DNA from: Protoeuglena noctilucae
Taxonomy: Eukaryota
Length of the DNA stretch: 54,115 bases
Assembly (NCBI GenBank): GCA_958009085.1
Contig: OY253676.1
Span: 992,001-1,046,115, forward strand
Reading direction: 5' to 3'
Shown: piece after piece, positions 1-11,600 of the stretch
Numbering within the stretch: the stretch's first letter is position 1
Layout of the letters: every line of letters starts with the position of its first letter
Notes under the pieces: model-generated
Database searches by the model: none
What the model saw: the letters and a program-made list of their open reading frames with translations, nothing else
What the model was told of the DNA's origin: nothing
Position numbers and translations under genes: made by a program

Positions 1-3000
1 CTGGTGGAGGGGCTGGGGGACCTGGGGCGGCGCGTGGGGGAGGTCGAGGGCGCGTCGCAGGAGGCGAGGGCGGCGGGGGACGCGGCAGCGAGGGCAGAGA
101 GGGGTGCGCGCGAGGCGGCGGAGAGGGCGGGGGAGGCGGAGAGGGGCGCGCGGGAGGGAGTGGAGCGCGTGGGGGCGGGGCTGCGTGCCTTGGAGGAGCG
201 GGCGGAGCGGGAGGGGCGCGCGACGGGGGAGCGGCTGGAGAGGGTGGAGAGGGAGGGGCGGGAGGTGCGGGGGCGCCTGGCTGCGGTGGAGGGGCGGGCG
301 GGGAAGGCGGTGGAGGCGGCGGACGAGGCGCGGGAGGTTGCAGGGCGGGCGGAGGCTGCGGGGGAGCGTGCGAGGGTGGCGGCAGAACGCGCAAGGGAAG
401 AGGTGGGGCGTGCAAGAGAGGAAGCGGGGCGTGCGAGGGAGGCGGGGGAGAAGGCGGCGTCGGTGGGGAAGCGCGCCTGCGAGGAGGCGGGGGAGGCGCG
501 GGAGTGGGCGAGGGAGGCGCTGGGGATGCGGGGGGACCTGGAGGCACGCATCGCGGCCAGCGAGGAGGCGAGTGGTGGCGTGGCGTGGTGTGGGAGATGC
601 ACGGGCGGGCAACGCAGATGCGCCTTTCATGGAGTCTTTGGACCCAGCTCTGTTCGCCACTCTAGTTACGACATCAACCGCTCCCTTACCCTGACCTCCC
701 CAGGCCCTGGTGCACCGCTGCTGTGGCTTGGAGTCGCAGATCACCGACCTGGGCCGTGAGGTGCGGGACGCCCGGGAGGCCGCGCGGTCGGACCTGATGA
801 CCCACGCTGCCGAGGCGAGGGCGGAGGCGCGGAGGGGGCGGGAGGCGGCGGCGGCAGACCTGGCAAGGGCAGCGGGGGCGTGGCGGGAGGAGTGGGGGGA
901 GAGCCGGAGGGGTGAGAGAGGCGCTGGCAACAGGAACCGCCGTATGCGTTGCACGTCTTGTGAGAGCGCGCAGCACGTGCGACGGCGCGTGCCTGGCTTG
1001 CCTTGTGCAACGCCTTGCCACCCCCCGCCTCCCCAGCTCTGGCGGCTGACATGGCCCGCGCCCATGCCGAGGCAGGGGACCTCTTGCTCGCGGAGCTGGA
1101 GCGCCACCGGGAGGGAACAGCAGCTGCATTAGCTGAGGCATCGCGGCGGCAGCAGGAGGCGGAGGGGCGGGCGACGCGGCTGGGGGAGAGCCTGGAGGCT
1201 GCGTGGGGGGAGATGCGTGTGCTGGGGAGGCAGGCGAGTGGGAGAGGGTGGCGGTGCGGAGTCATCGTCGTTGCGGGGTGACATGGACCAGATTGACCAG
1301 GGATCGTGGGGTTGCCTTGCAGGTGCTGGGCATGGACGGGCCATTGAAGGAGGCGGGGCGTGCGGTGGCGTTGCATGCCCAGGCCCTGGCGCGGCTGGAG
1401 GAGGACGCCAAGGCAGCGAGGGTCGAAGCGGCAGCAGCCGCGGAGCGGTCGGCGAGGGCGGCGGAGGCGGCAGAGGCGGCCGTGGGTGAGTGGCGCATGT
1501 GTCTCACTGCCTGCATCCCTGTGCGGTTTGCGCCAGACCAGGCATGCGGTGCTAGTCTCCTCCACACACCATTCTCCCACCAACAGCAGCACTCCTCACC
1601 CCCATGTAATCCCCCCCAGAGGCCACGGACCGCCACGCCCAGCAGGCGTCGATCGTGTCAGAGGTCATGGAGGCCTTCGAGCGAGCCCTGGCCGAGTCGC
1701 GTGCCCGGGAGGTCGAGCGCGATGCGGCGGCTGTGCAGCTGCGGGAGGACGTGGACCGCAAGCTGAGGGCCGCGAGGGTGCCCAGGGAGGAGGCCATGCG
1801 CGCCGTGGGGGCCGTGCAGGCGAGGGGGTGTTGGTGTTATGGAGACGCGTGAGGAGTAGAGCAGTCAGTGTGACACCAGATGATTGGATGGAGCTTGGCA
1901 CCAGCATGTTTGTAATGGACTGCAATCAGTTACTGTACTCTGTTCTTACCCCAGGAGGTGGTCACGGCTCAGTCGGAGATGGACGCCCGCCTCCACGCCC
2001 TCGAGCGGCAGATGACCACCGGACAGGGGAGAGCAGAGGGCAGCAAGGTGACGCTGGGTGGCAGCAGTTATCTCTACTGCTGAGTGTGACGACCAACGTA
2101 TGTCTCTTGTAGAACTGCCTCTGTCGCCCCTCTCTGCAGCCTTTGGGCCCCGGGGGAGTGGACCCCGCTGATCATATGGAGGCCATGGCACGCAAGTACA
2201 TGGACATGCTCATCAGCGTGCGGGACCGAGTCAACGGTGAGAAGCGGCGGAATGGTCATGAGGTCACTTTGGGGAGGAGAGGGCGGGAACACGACCGCGG
2301 CAGTGCGTGGATCCCTGACCGGTGGACATTGTAATGTCTCCATCCACTACGTGGCACTCGCTTCTCATCCCCCCGCAGTGCTGGAGAAGCGTCTCACGGA
2401 GGGCGCCACGGATGTGCTGGGCGCGGGCCTGCGCCCAGCCGTGGCCAGCGCACGGGCAGTGGCGGCGGTGGCAGAGCGGCTGGGGGCGCTGGAGGAGAGG
2501 CTGGGGACGAGGGCGGCGGAGGAGCAAGTGAGGGAAGCGAGGAGGTGAGAAAAGAAGGGGGTGGGATTGGGGGGCACTCGCTGGCTGTTAGACAAGGTTG
2601 CGACGTTGGGGAGCTGATGTGTGCATGTGCGTTGCTCGAGGGTCCTGGGCGATGGGGTTGCGATGATTGCTTGCTATCACCGGTGAATGAGTTGGTATTG
2701 GCGTGCAGGGAGGCGGAGGAGGCCCGTCGGGAGGCGGCGGATCTGCGGGAGGAGATGCGGCGGCAGGCGGCGGCAGCGAGGGCCGAGATGGCCGACATGT
2801 GGGAGACGCTGCAGGTGAGGGGAAAGAAAGAGGGCAGTGATGTTGTGGTGGGGGTTTGCCAACAAGCAAGTGTTCGCTCTGCACTGAGGTGTGGGCGCGT
2901 CTCGAACCATCAACGCCACTCTTGTAACCCACGCATCGACGTCACTCATCCCCACGTCTCTGTGTCTCAGGCGCACATGACGCGGGCGGCCCCCACGCAC

Positions 3001-4173
3001 GCCGGCCCCGTGCAGTCCGCCCCTCGCCCCCCGGGGAGCCTGGACGCCTCGGCTGCGGATGCCTATGACAGGCTGGCCGAGTCGGGGCAGGCGACGGCGC
3101 GCGTGGGCCACGGGGACACAAGTGGGGTGCCCGGGGTGGTCGAGGCGCTGGGCAGCCGCGTGGCCAGGGTCGAGAGGGAGATGGCGGCGTACGCGGGGGT
3201 CACGGGTGAGATGGGAGTGGCGGATGACAGATGACAGATGGTGGCCTAATTATAACAAGATTACCGGTGTGCAAGGGGTTGCATGCTTTACAAGCCAGGC
3301 CCAACGACTTCTGCTAGCCCATCCTCACAAACATCACAATGGTGATAGCGGCGCTTGCGTGTCACTGCCCTCGCTCGCCTGTCCCGCCCCGCAGACCGCC
3401 TCCACCAGGCCATCGAGTCCCTGCGCGCCACCCCCACATCGGACAAGGTAGGCGGCGCTGCATCGGACCTGCCGCAGCGGCTGAGTGGGCTGGCGGCGGA
3501 GGTGGACGCGCTGCGGGAGGCGCAGGGGCGGCAGGCCGAGGCCCTGGCGTCGCTGCGGGGGGCGGTGGAGGCGGTGGGGGAGCGGGCGAGGAGGGGCGAG
3601 GAGGCGGCCGAGGGGGTGGCGGAGCTGAGGGGGCGCGTGGGGCGCATCAAGGAGGTGAGGGGAGTTAGGAATGCGAGAGGGGTTAGGACATACAAGCCAT
3701 ACATGCCGCTGCTTTCTCACTGCCACTGCCCCTCCTCTGCCACTGCTTTCTTACTACGTATACCACTACCCCCTCTCTGCCTCTGCTTGCCCAGACGGTG
3801 CGTGCTGTGCGGGAGGCGTCTGCCATGACGGAGAGCAAGTGTGCGGCACTGGCGCAGCACGTGGCGGGTGAGCAGCGGGGGTCGCAAGCGGGGGAGCTGG
3901 TCTCCAGCAGCGGGCGGGTTGCGTGGCTGCGACATGACCGCTCATATATGGCCATCACTTCCGGCTCTCACGGCACCCGCAGCGCACGCCCAGGCCCTGG
4001 CGTCGCACCCTGCTCAAGAGCCCACTGCGCCATCCCACCGGGACGCAGGCGGTGGCAGGGCGGCACGGGAGAGGGGGGCGCGTGGGGCGCAGAGCGGGGT
4101 CGCCAGAGTCGCAGGGGGTGGCGGTGGGCCGGGGTCCGCGAGGGACTTCTTCCAAACGGGAGGGAAGGTGTGA
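1..4173 (+). CDS. Multi-exon Ala/Glu/Arg-rich coiled-coil protein, 5' end outside the window; function unknown
   Basis: Heptad-like exons join in frame through introns 568-703, 1234-1322 and 1820-~1954 (GC donors) plus GT-AG introns. The last exon ends ...DFFQTGGKV* at TGA 4171-4173, followed by TGTAA at 4186. Confidence 0.7.
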
Positions 4174-4185
4174 CTGAAACTCTGT

Positions 4186-4190
4186 TGTAA
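4186..4190 (+). promoter_or_regulatory. Putative UGUAA polyadenylation signal (chlorophyte type)
   Basis: TGTAA lies 12 nt after the stop codon. The same motif follows other stops (29770-29774 on +; TTACA at 43613-43617 for a - strand gene). Confidence 0.55.
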
Positions 4191-4462
4191 TTCCGACTAA
4201 CATTCTAGCAGGCACACTGCATGCGGCCGCGTTGCGCTTGCAATATTCAAACTGTGCTGAATGCTTGAAAATGTGCTTTCGGAGAAAATGATACAGCACG
4301 CGGAGCTGCACGCCGCGTCACAGCAATCCCAGACCAGCCCACTCTGCTGCGCTTCCGCAAACCCTGTGCTTCTCCCACACCACCCTTTGAATCCCTTCGT
4401 GCGCCTGATAGTACCAGCTGCTAGGAATCAAGCCACCCCAGTCCGCATGCGCTTGGCTGTCA

Positions 4463-6490
4463 TCACGACAGGAATGTCTCTCCGAGCAGCTTCTCCGTCT
4501 CGGTCCACAGCTTGCGTGCGTGGTCGCGGTCGGTGACCTTGGCAACCTTGCGGCAGATGCTGGGGTTGATGACGGGCAGGCCGAACATACCCCACGCTGC
4601 GAAGGTGGGGGACACGGTTGCCAATCCGCCATGCTTGTTTGCTAGTAACACTCACTGGCCCCATCTACACACTAACCCCATCTAGTGCCGGACATACGCA
4701 TGCCAGTCACTGCCTCCCTCTGGCAGCCATGCCCACTGCATGTTGTCACTCACCCGGCCCCAAGAAGTCGCGCGGCTTGACTGCCGGGTCCACTGCCGCG
4801 CGGACCTGCGTCAGGGCCCCCGTGGCCGCGGGCATGCCGAACATGTAGTTGATGATGGGCTCGACGAACGAAGGCACGCCCAGGCGATCCTTCTGCGTGA
4901 ACAGACACCAAGGCACGGTGACAGGGACGTGAAAGGGCTAGGGATGGCATGTTGGGGGCTAGCAGCGAAGCTTTGGGTCTGCGAATGTGCTATGCCAATT
5001 GGATTGCAAATAGGCGGCCCCACGCAGCCAGCGCCTTTGCCCATGCCGTCCTTGGCCCTGCGTCCCATGCTTTTGACAATGCCCTCCCCCTGCAGCATCT
5101 CTCGCCTGCAGCCCCGTCCTCGTCCACCCAGGGTGCGATGCCGTGACGGTGACCTTGGACCCACGCGACTCCAAACGCGACTGCGGGGATGGGGCATATA
5201 AGGACAAGTGGCCACAGAGAGAGCGATGAGATGGATGACATAGATATGCTTGACTCGAGGCGCGACTGCGGGGGGGATGGGCATGAAGGGTCGAGTGGTT
5301 ACACACAGAGAGAGCAATGACATGGATGACATGACGTGCCAGGAGAACAGGGACAGAGACAAACAGAGACAAAAGGAACTAGCCTCTCAGATGCTGTCAC
5401 AGCTGTGACTCGGGAGGGTCTGTGTGTGGCACCCTGATCTGTTGTGCTGATGGTGTTCAGCTTGTCCCTTCCCCTCTCTCCTCACCTGCAGCTCCTCGGT
5501 GAAGAGCATGTTGGCGAGCTTGGTCTCCCCGTACACGCGCCACCGGTCGTATGCCTTGGGGCCGTCATAGGTGGGGAAGAGGCCCGGGCCAAAGCGCACG
5601 CCATCAGCGGGGGCCATGGCCTGGGCGGCGCTAGAGACATTCACCACGCGACCAGCTCCCTTCTCGAGCTGCGGACATGGCCACAAGAGGCAGTTCAGTA
5701 CTAGACATGCTTACTTAGAGCACCTGCACAGACTTTCCAGGTGCAACATCACTCACTGCGGGGAGCAGGAGCTTGGTGAGGAGGAAGTGGCCGATGTGGT
5801 TGGTGGCCGTCTGCATCTCCCAGCCCTTGGAGTTCACCTCACGCTGCGAAGGCGAACAGACTGGGTCTCACACAGAGGCGAGCACACAGCGCATCGTGCC
5901 TGCAGTGCTCGCTGCCCCTTGCCTTCGGCAAAGCCATGATCCCCGCGTTCAGCATCCCCACGTGCAGCTCCTTGTGCTTCTTGAGGAACTCCGCCGCTCC
6001 CTTCCTGTGCGCATGGATGAAAGCCATGCAAGGCTCGCGTATTGGAGGGCCAGCCGCGATCGGCCCGACACGCCTGCGCGTTCGTCCGTCCTCTCTCACC
6101 GCTGTCAGGCTCCGAGGTGTCCATCTGAAGGAATTCCAGCTTCCCCACGCCCTTGGTCCCCTTGCAAGAGTCCTCGATGTCCGCCATGGCCTTGCGCGCG
6201 CGCTCCTCGCTGCGGCACGCCATCACCACCGTCGCGCCTTTCTTGTACAAGGCTCTCGCGGACTCCAGCCCCTGCGAAAAGCGGCGCGCGTGCGATGGAA
6301 AACGGATTGAGCGTTCGCGGCCACGGGCCACGGGCCGCCCTCGCGGGGCCGCGCTGGCACATCGGAAAGCAAACACAGCAGAACATGCATCTGTGATGTT
6401 GTTCGCATGCCGCACCAGGCCGGAATTCGCCCCGGTGACGAGGACAACGCGTCCCTCCTGTGAGGGAATGTCGTCGGCCGTCCAGCCCAT
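4463..6490 (-). CDS. Short-chain dehydrogenase/reductase, retinol-dehydrogenase/WWOX-like (tandem copy B)
   Basis: Spliced protein MGWTADDIPSQEGRVVLVTGANSGLG...LNAGIMA...ATNHIGHFLLT...RVVNVSS...YGETKLAN (YxxxK)...SHPGW...LWTETEKLLG. Confidence 0.92.
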
Positions 6491-6704
6491 CCGCGCGGGC
6501 GTTTGGAAGCAGCTGCACCCGACAGAGTGCCACTTGAACGTAGTCACGCGACCGCTACCCCAATACGCGATAGAAATCTTCTCCATCGCCAGGGCATTTT
6601 GAGGGTTTTGTCCACAGCACGCGCAGGGTGGAATCAAGTCATACGGCGTCAGATTCCGAATAAAAGCCAACAGCTGCCTCTGTTCGGTGATTGTACCCCG
6701 ATAC

Positions 6705-8371
6705 TTAGCCGCTCCTGGTCTCGCCCAGCAGCTCCTCTGTCGCCTTCCACAGCCGCTCCGCCAAGGCACGGTCCTTGCTGAGAGGGTTGGCCGGGCTGCG
6801 CGATTCCGACGCCAGGACGGGGTACCCAGACATGCCCCTGTCTGCGAGCCACGTTATGCGGGAAGATTGTGTTGTTACGATCTTATGCACGCCCCACCCA
6901 GCGCTGGCCCTGCCTACGCCCCGCGTCATCTCCCCTCCCCCAGGTGCCTCACCCGGGCCGTAGTAGTCGGCGGGCTTGGCCTCCGGGTCCACGCAGGCGC
7001 GCATCTGCGAGAGGACCCCCTGGGGCAGCCGCATAGCGAAGAGGTAGTTGATGAGGCGCTCCAGGCCGGGGATACCCAACTTGCCCGTCTGGAGGTTGGT
7101 GCCCGTGAAGCCGGGGTGGGCTGCCAGGGCCAGCACGCGCGATCCCTTGGCCGTCAGCCGCGCCTGTGTCGGGCGGGGAGAGGCGAGACGCCACACGTGT
7201 GAGACAAGCACGCAGGTTATCAATAGAGCATAGGCCTGGTTGAGAGTGACTCCATGGCACATCACATGTGATAAACGCCTCACCTGCAGCTCCTCGGTGA
7301 AAAGCATATTCATGAGCTTGGTCTCGCCGTACACCATCCACCGACGGTACGCGCCCTTGCCGTCGTACTGCAGGGCATCGCAGGCATGTGTCTAATGAGT
7401 GGAGTGCATGTCATGAGGCAACGCAGAGTGGCGTGTAGTGGTAACCAGGCTGCCACTGAGCATGCCCGTCACCGTGGGGTATTCGCCGGGCCCGAAGCGC
7501 ACCCCGCACTTGGGGGCGGACGACTGCAGTGAGCTCGACACGTTCACCACGCGGCCGGCGCCCTTCTCGAGCTGCGGACACCCAAGCAAGCGTAGGAGGC
7601 GGCTCAGTACCAGACACGCTTAGTAGTAGTCAAAGCAATCGCACAAACCTCCGTCCGCTTTGTAGCACATGCACATGCACTTGCCGCGGGGAGCAGGAGC
7701 TTCGTGAGGAGGAAGTGGCCGATGTGGTTGGTGGCCGTCTGCATCTCCCAGCCCTTGGAGTTGACCTCGCGCTGCGGGGGTAGAGCGGGTGCGGTCTGGC
7801 GACGAGCTCACAGGCTATGCGGAGACCGTCGGGCAGTCGGCTGGCAGATGCCCCTTGCCTTCGGCAAAGCCATCAGGCCAGCGTTGTTCTGCAGGACGTG
7901 CAGCTCCTTGTGTTTCTTCAGGAACTCCGCCGCACCCTTGTGCACTGCACGCTCAGAAACAAAGCAGGCAGGTCGTGGCCAGGCATCGGAGGGCCAGCCA
8001 CAACGCACTTGCCTGCGCGTCTGCTGAATTCGCTCCCTCACCGCTGTCCGGCTCCGAGATGTCCATCTGCAAGAGCTCCAGCTTCCCCCCGCCCTGGGTC
8101 CCCTGGCAGGACACCTCAATGTCGGCTATGGCCTTGCGCCCGCGCTCCTCGCTGCGGCACGCCATCCACACCGTCGCGCCGCGGCTGTAGAACAATCGGG
8201 CCGACTCCAGGCCCTGCGTGAGTTAATATGCGCGAGGAGCTCAGCGACTGGCCCACACGAGTAATACCCCCGGCACGCAATGCTCCGGCGGCTCACCAGT
8301 CCAGAATTGGCACCGGTGATGAGCACCACGCGTCCATTTTGGGACGGGATATCGTCGGCGGTCCACACCAT
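6705..8371 (-). CDS. Short-chain dehydrogenase/reductase, retinol-dehydrogenase/WWOX-like (tandem copy A)
   Basis: MVWTADDIPSQNGRVVLITGANSGLG...NNAGLMA...ATNHIGHFLLT...RVVNVSS...YGETKLMN...AHPGF...LWKATEELLG; a clear paralog of copy B with mostly shared intron positions. Confidence 0.92.
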
Positions 8372-8647
8372 GGCGAAGATACGTCTCGGCGTCGCTAAAA
8401 TCAACGGATGCTTTTTACGTGAGCAGTGCCCTCGCGCGCTCCCGTCGACCAGCGAGAACCTCAGGATTGCTCTCGCACGAGTTCTCCGTCGTCGGAATAG
8501 CGCGTCACGGCGGCTCGCACGCGCAATGGTTGCGGAACGTGGCCGCTCACACGCGCCAGAACAAGGTTACCCTCATATGCGCAAAACGAGGCGGGTTTCA
8601 ATGCCAATCCGCCGCCAAGCATTCTACGGCATACACTTAGACGTTTG

Positions 8648-11600
8648 CTATCCCTTGAAGTTGTTCTTCACCGCCGCCTTGGCCATCTCCTTGGCGTGCC
8701 GCTCCTCCCGCCGCTTGCGCGTCTCCTGCCACTTGTACAGCAGTCCCCCGCGCGGGACGAGCGCCGCTGCGGAAAGCACGGAGATGTTCATACCACGCCT
8801 CATAGCGCAGGGCGTGCAGCGAAGCCGCGCGGGGGCGCAAGATGACTAAACAGCGATCGCAGGTGCCTGCCCTTCACCCGTGAGCATCCTCGCGGCCGGC
8901 ACGCTCGTCGCCGCGTCTCCCTTGTCCGCGGGCGCCGTCGTGGGCCCCGACACTTCCCCCCCGAAGAGCCCCTTCTCCATGTTCTTCTCGGCATAGGCCA
9001 GCTGGATGGCCAGGCCACTGCAGATGTTGCGGGAGCGGCTCACAGTTGAACGTGCAAAGCAACGAACACGCCAAGCCAGTGATGCACTCTCCCCAGCGAC
9101 CCGTGCCACCGTCACACAGCTCTCCCAGGCCCACAACACCACGCCCCTTTTGTCACACTCGCCTCTTGCGTTGTTCTCATCCACACACACATCGCATCCA
9201 CCCACACACACCTAACACACCCAAATTCGCCTGTTGCGGTACGTCTCGTCTGCCTCCACGGCCGGCCCCTCCCTCCGCGTCATCACGGCCCGGCTCACGT
9301 GCCCCGCCCTCAGCCCCCGTGACTCCCGGGTCTCACGCAAGGCACGGGGCACCTTGAGGGGATTGCGACGCTCGTAGAGACCCACCAGGGAATACACGCC
9401 ATCGCCATCTGCTGCGCCCGCTCCGTCCCCGTCCCCCTCCGCACTGCGATGCGTGGGGGCGGGCAGAAGTACATGTGTGGCGCTGAATGTGCCAAACACA
9501 CTCACGCAGCCCCTCACCAACCCCCCACCCCACCCCATCCCCCACTCACCCCACCCCGCTCGTCGTCTTTCGTGGCGACCTACCCCCTCCCCCACCCCCT
9601 CCCCCTCCCCTGCCCCCCATGTCCCTCCCCCTGGCCATCAGCTGCCCCGCTGACAGCCACACCAGCAGCCCCCCGTCGTATCCCGCGCTGACGTAGTGGT
9701 TGCTGTCTGACAGTTTCTGGACGCCAGAGATGCGGTCCCGGTGGCCCTGGAGGCGGGCCAGGATCTCAAAGGTGGACGCGTGGAACACCCTGGGGGGGAT
9801 GGGAGATGGAAAAAGAATGATGAGGGAATGGTGAAAGAAACTGATGCCGACGAAGGGCCGATGTGATGAGTGAGGCGTGGAGGAGTGCATTGACATTACA
9901 CCCACCCCCTCACCTTACCCCCCCATCTCTCACCTCAGCTGTTCGTCTGCCTTACACCTCAGCTATTTATCTACATACCCCCCTCCCCCCCATCTCTCAC
10001 CTCAGCTGCTTGTCCGCCATCGCCGCCACTAGAAACGCCTGCCTCTCCACCCCCTCCCTCGTCCGCACCGTCTGCCAGTCCAGCAGCATGCTCGTCACGC
10101 TCTGGCCGCTGAACGAGATCGACAGCCTAGGCACGGGCTTACTAGTTTCATTCTCGAAATACCACGCAACTAGCGCCTCGTCTTCCCCCGCCGTGATCCA
10201 CTCCCCCCACCCCCTGCCACGCGCATCGTCTGCCTCAGGCCCTTCTGGGTCTGATTCGGCCCCTTCCCCCCACTCCCCCTCAGACACTTCCTCACTCTCC
10301 AGCATCGCTGCGACGGGCGCAGACACCCCCGCTAAGGGGTCCACCAGTCCCGTGGGCTCCGGGGATGGTCCCTTGCTGCCAGACTCGGTGCCCTTCAGCA
10401 GACCCTCGCTCTGGTGAAGCACTTGTTCTAACATGTCCGCCTTCTGGGGGGATGGGAGATGGTGGGGTGTATGTTTGCAATACGATTGCTGTATGTTGTT
10501 GTTTGTACTTAGTCGAAGCGAGCAGCAGTGTGGTGGAGCGCAATGCGTGACCCATGCACATCTTAACCGGACTAGCACTGACCACAGCACCACCGCCACC
10601 ACCTGTCTCACCTCTTCCATAACACAATCAACCCTCCTCACTCCCCCCTTCTCACCTCATCCACCTTCTTGGCCACCACTTTGACCTCGTTCCCATCCTC
10701 ATCATAACGCGCGCCCTGCAGCATCGGCAACTCTGGCAGGCCCCCGCTCCCCCCCATCCCATCCCACGGATCAGCCAGCGACAAAGTGCGGGCAAACGAA
10801 CCGTCGCCCAGCCCCACGCCACCCCCGTGTTTCTGTCGCTCGCCCCCGCCCGCACCCGCACCCGCACTCGCGCTCGCATTCGGATCGAATCTCACGTGGC
10901 CCCCGTCCCCATCCCCAGTGCTTTTAGCAGCCATGACTGGCGAGGGCCCCAGCCTGGCCCCCACCCCCACCCCCCCCTCCGCCCCCACCCCCTCATTGCC
11001 AGCGATGATGGGGGCGAGGGGCTTCTCCCTCGGCCCGTCCATTCGGATCCCCACAGGCCCCCTCTGCATGCTGGTTTTGGGTAAAGGCTTCGAATCCCGG
11101 CGGGGGGAGGTCTGGGGCACCAGGCGACCCGACCTGGGGGAAATGAGAGTGGGGGAGAGGATCTATAGGGCAGTTTTTTTGTAAAGATGATGGTCAATAT
11201 CTGCAACGATACTAATGTCGATCATTTAACGCTTACCTCGATAAAGGAAGTGCTGGAGCATGTTACTGGTATGTCATTCATAATGTGGTCTTGCTGGTAG
11301 CACCAGCAATACCACCAACACATACCACCACCACCCCACCCTACATCCCACTCACTTGGTGCTCTCCCCGTTCCCGATCCTCCTCAGCTGGTTGATGCGA
11401 TCGTCTAATTCCTTGGCCTTCTTCCTATCTGCCCTCATCTTGGCAATCACGCCCTGCACCACCTTGGCCACCCCCCCCTCCAAACGCTTCTCCATCTGAC
11501 GCAGGTCCCTGAAAGCAGGATAAAAGGGCAATTTGATGATAAAAAGATTTATATCTTTTTATAACATTCATAGAATTAGTGGGGACGTAGTCGGGGTGAA

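Noticed and set aside
4893..7472. Introner-type mobile introns as the explanation for the paralog-specific introns
   Set aside because: The two introns do not resemble each other or other introns in this window and show no clear TIR/TSD; a genome-wide search would be needed.
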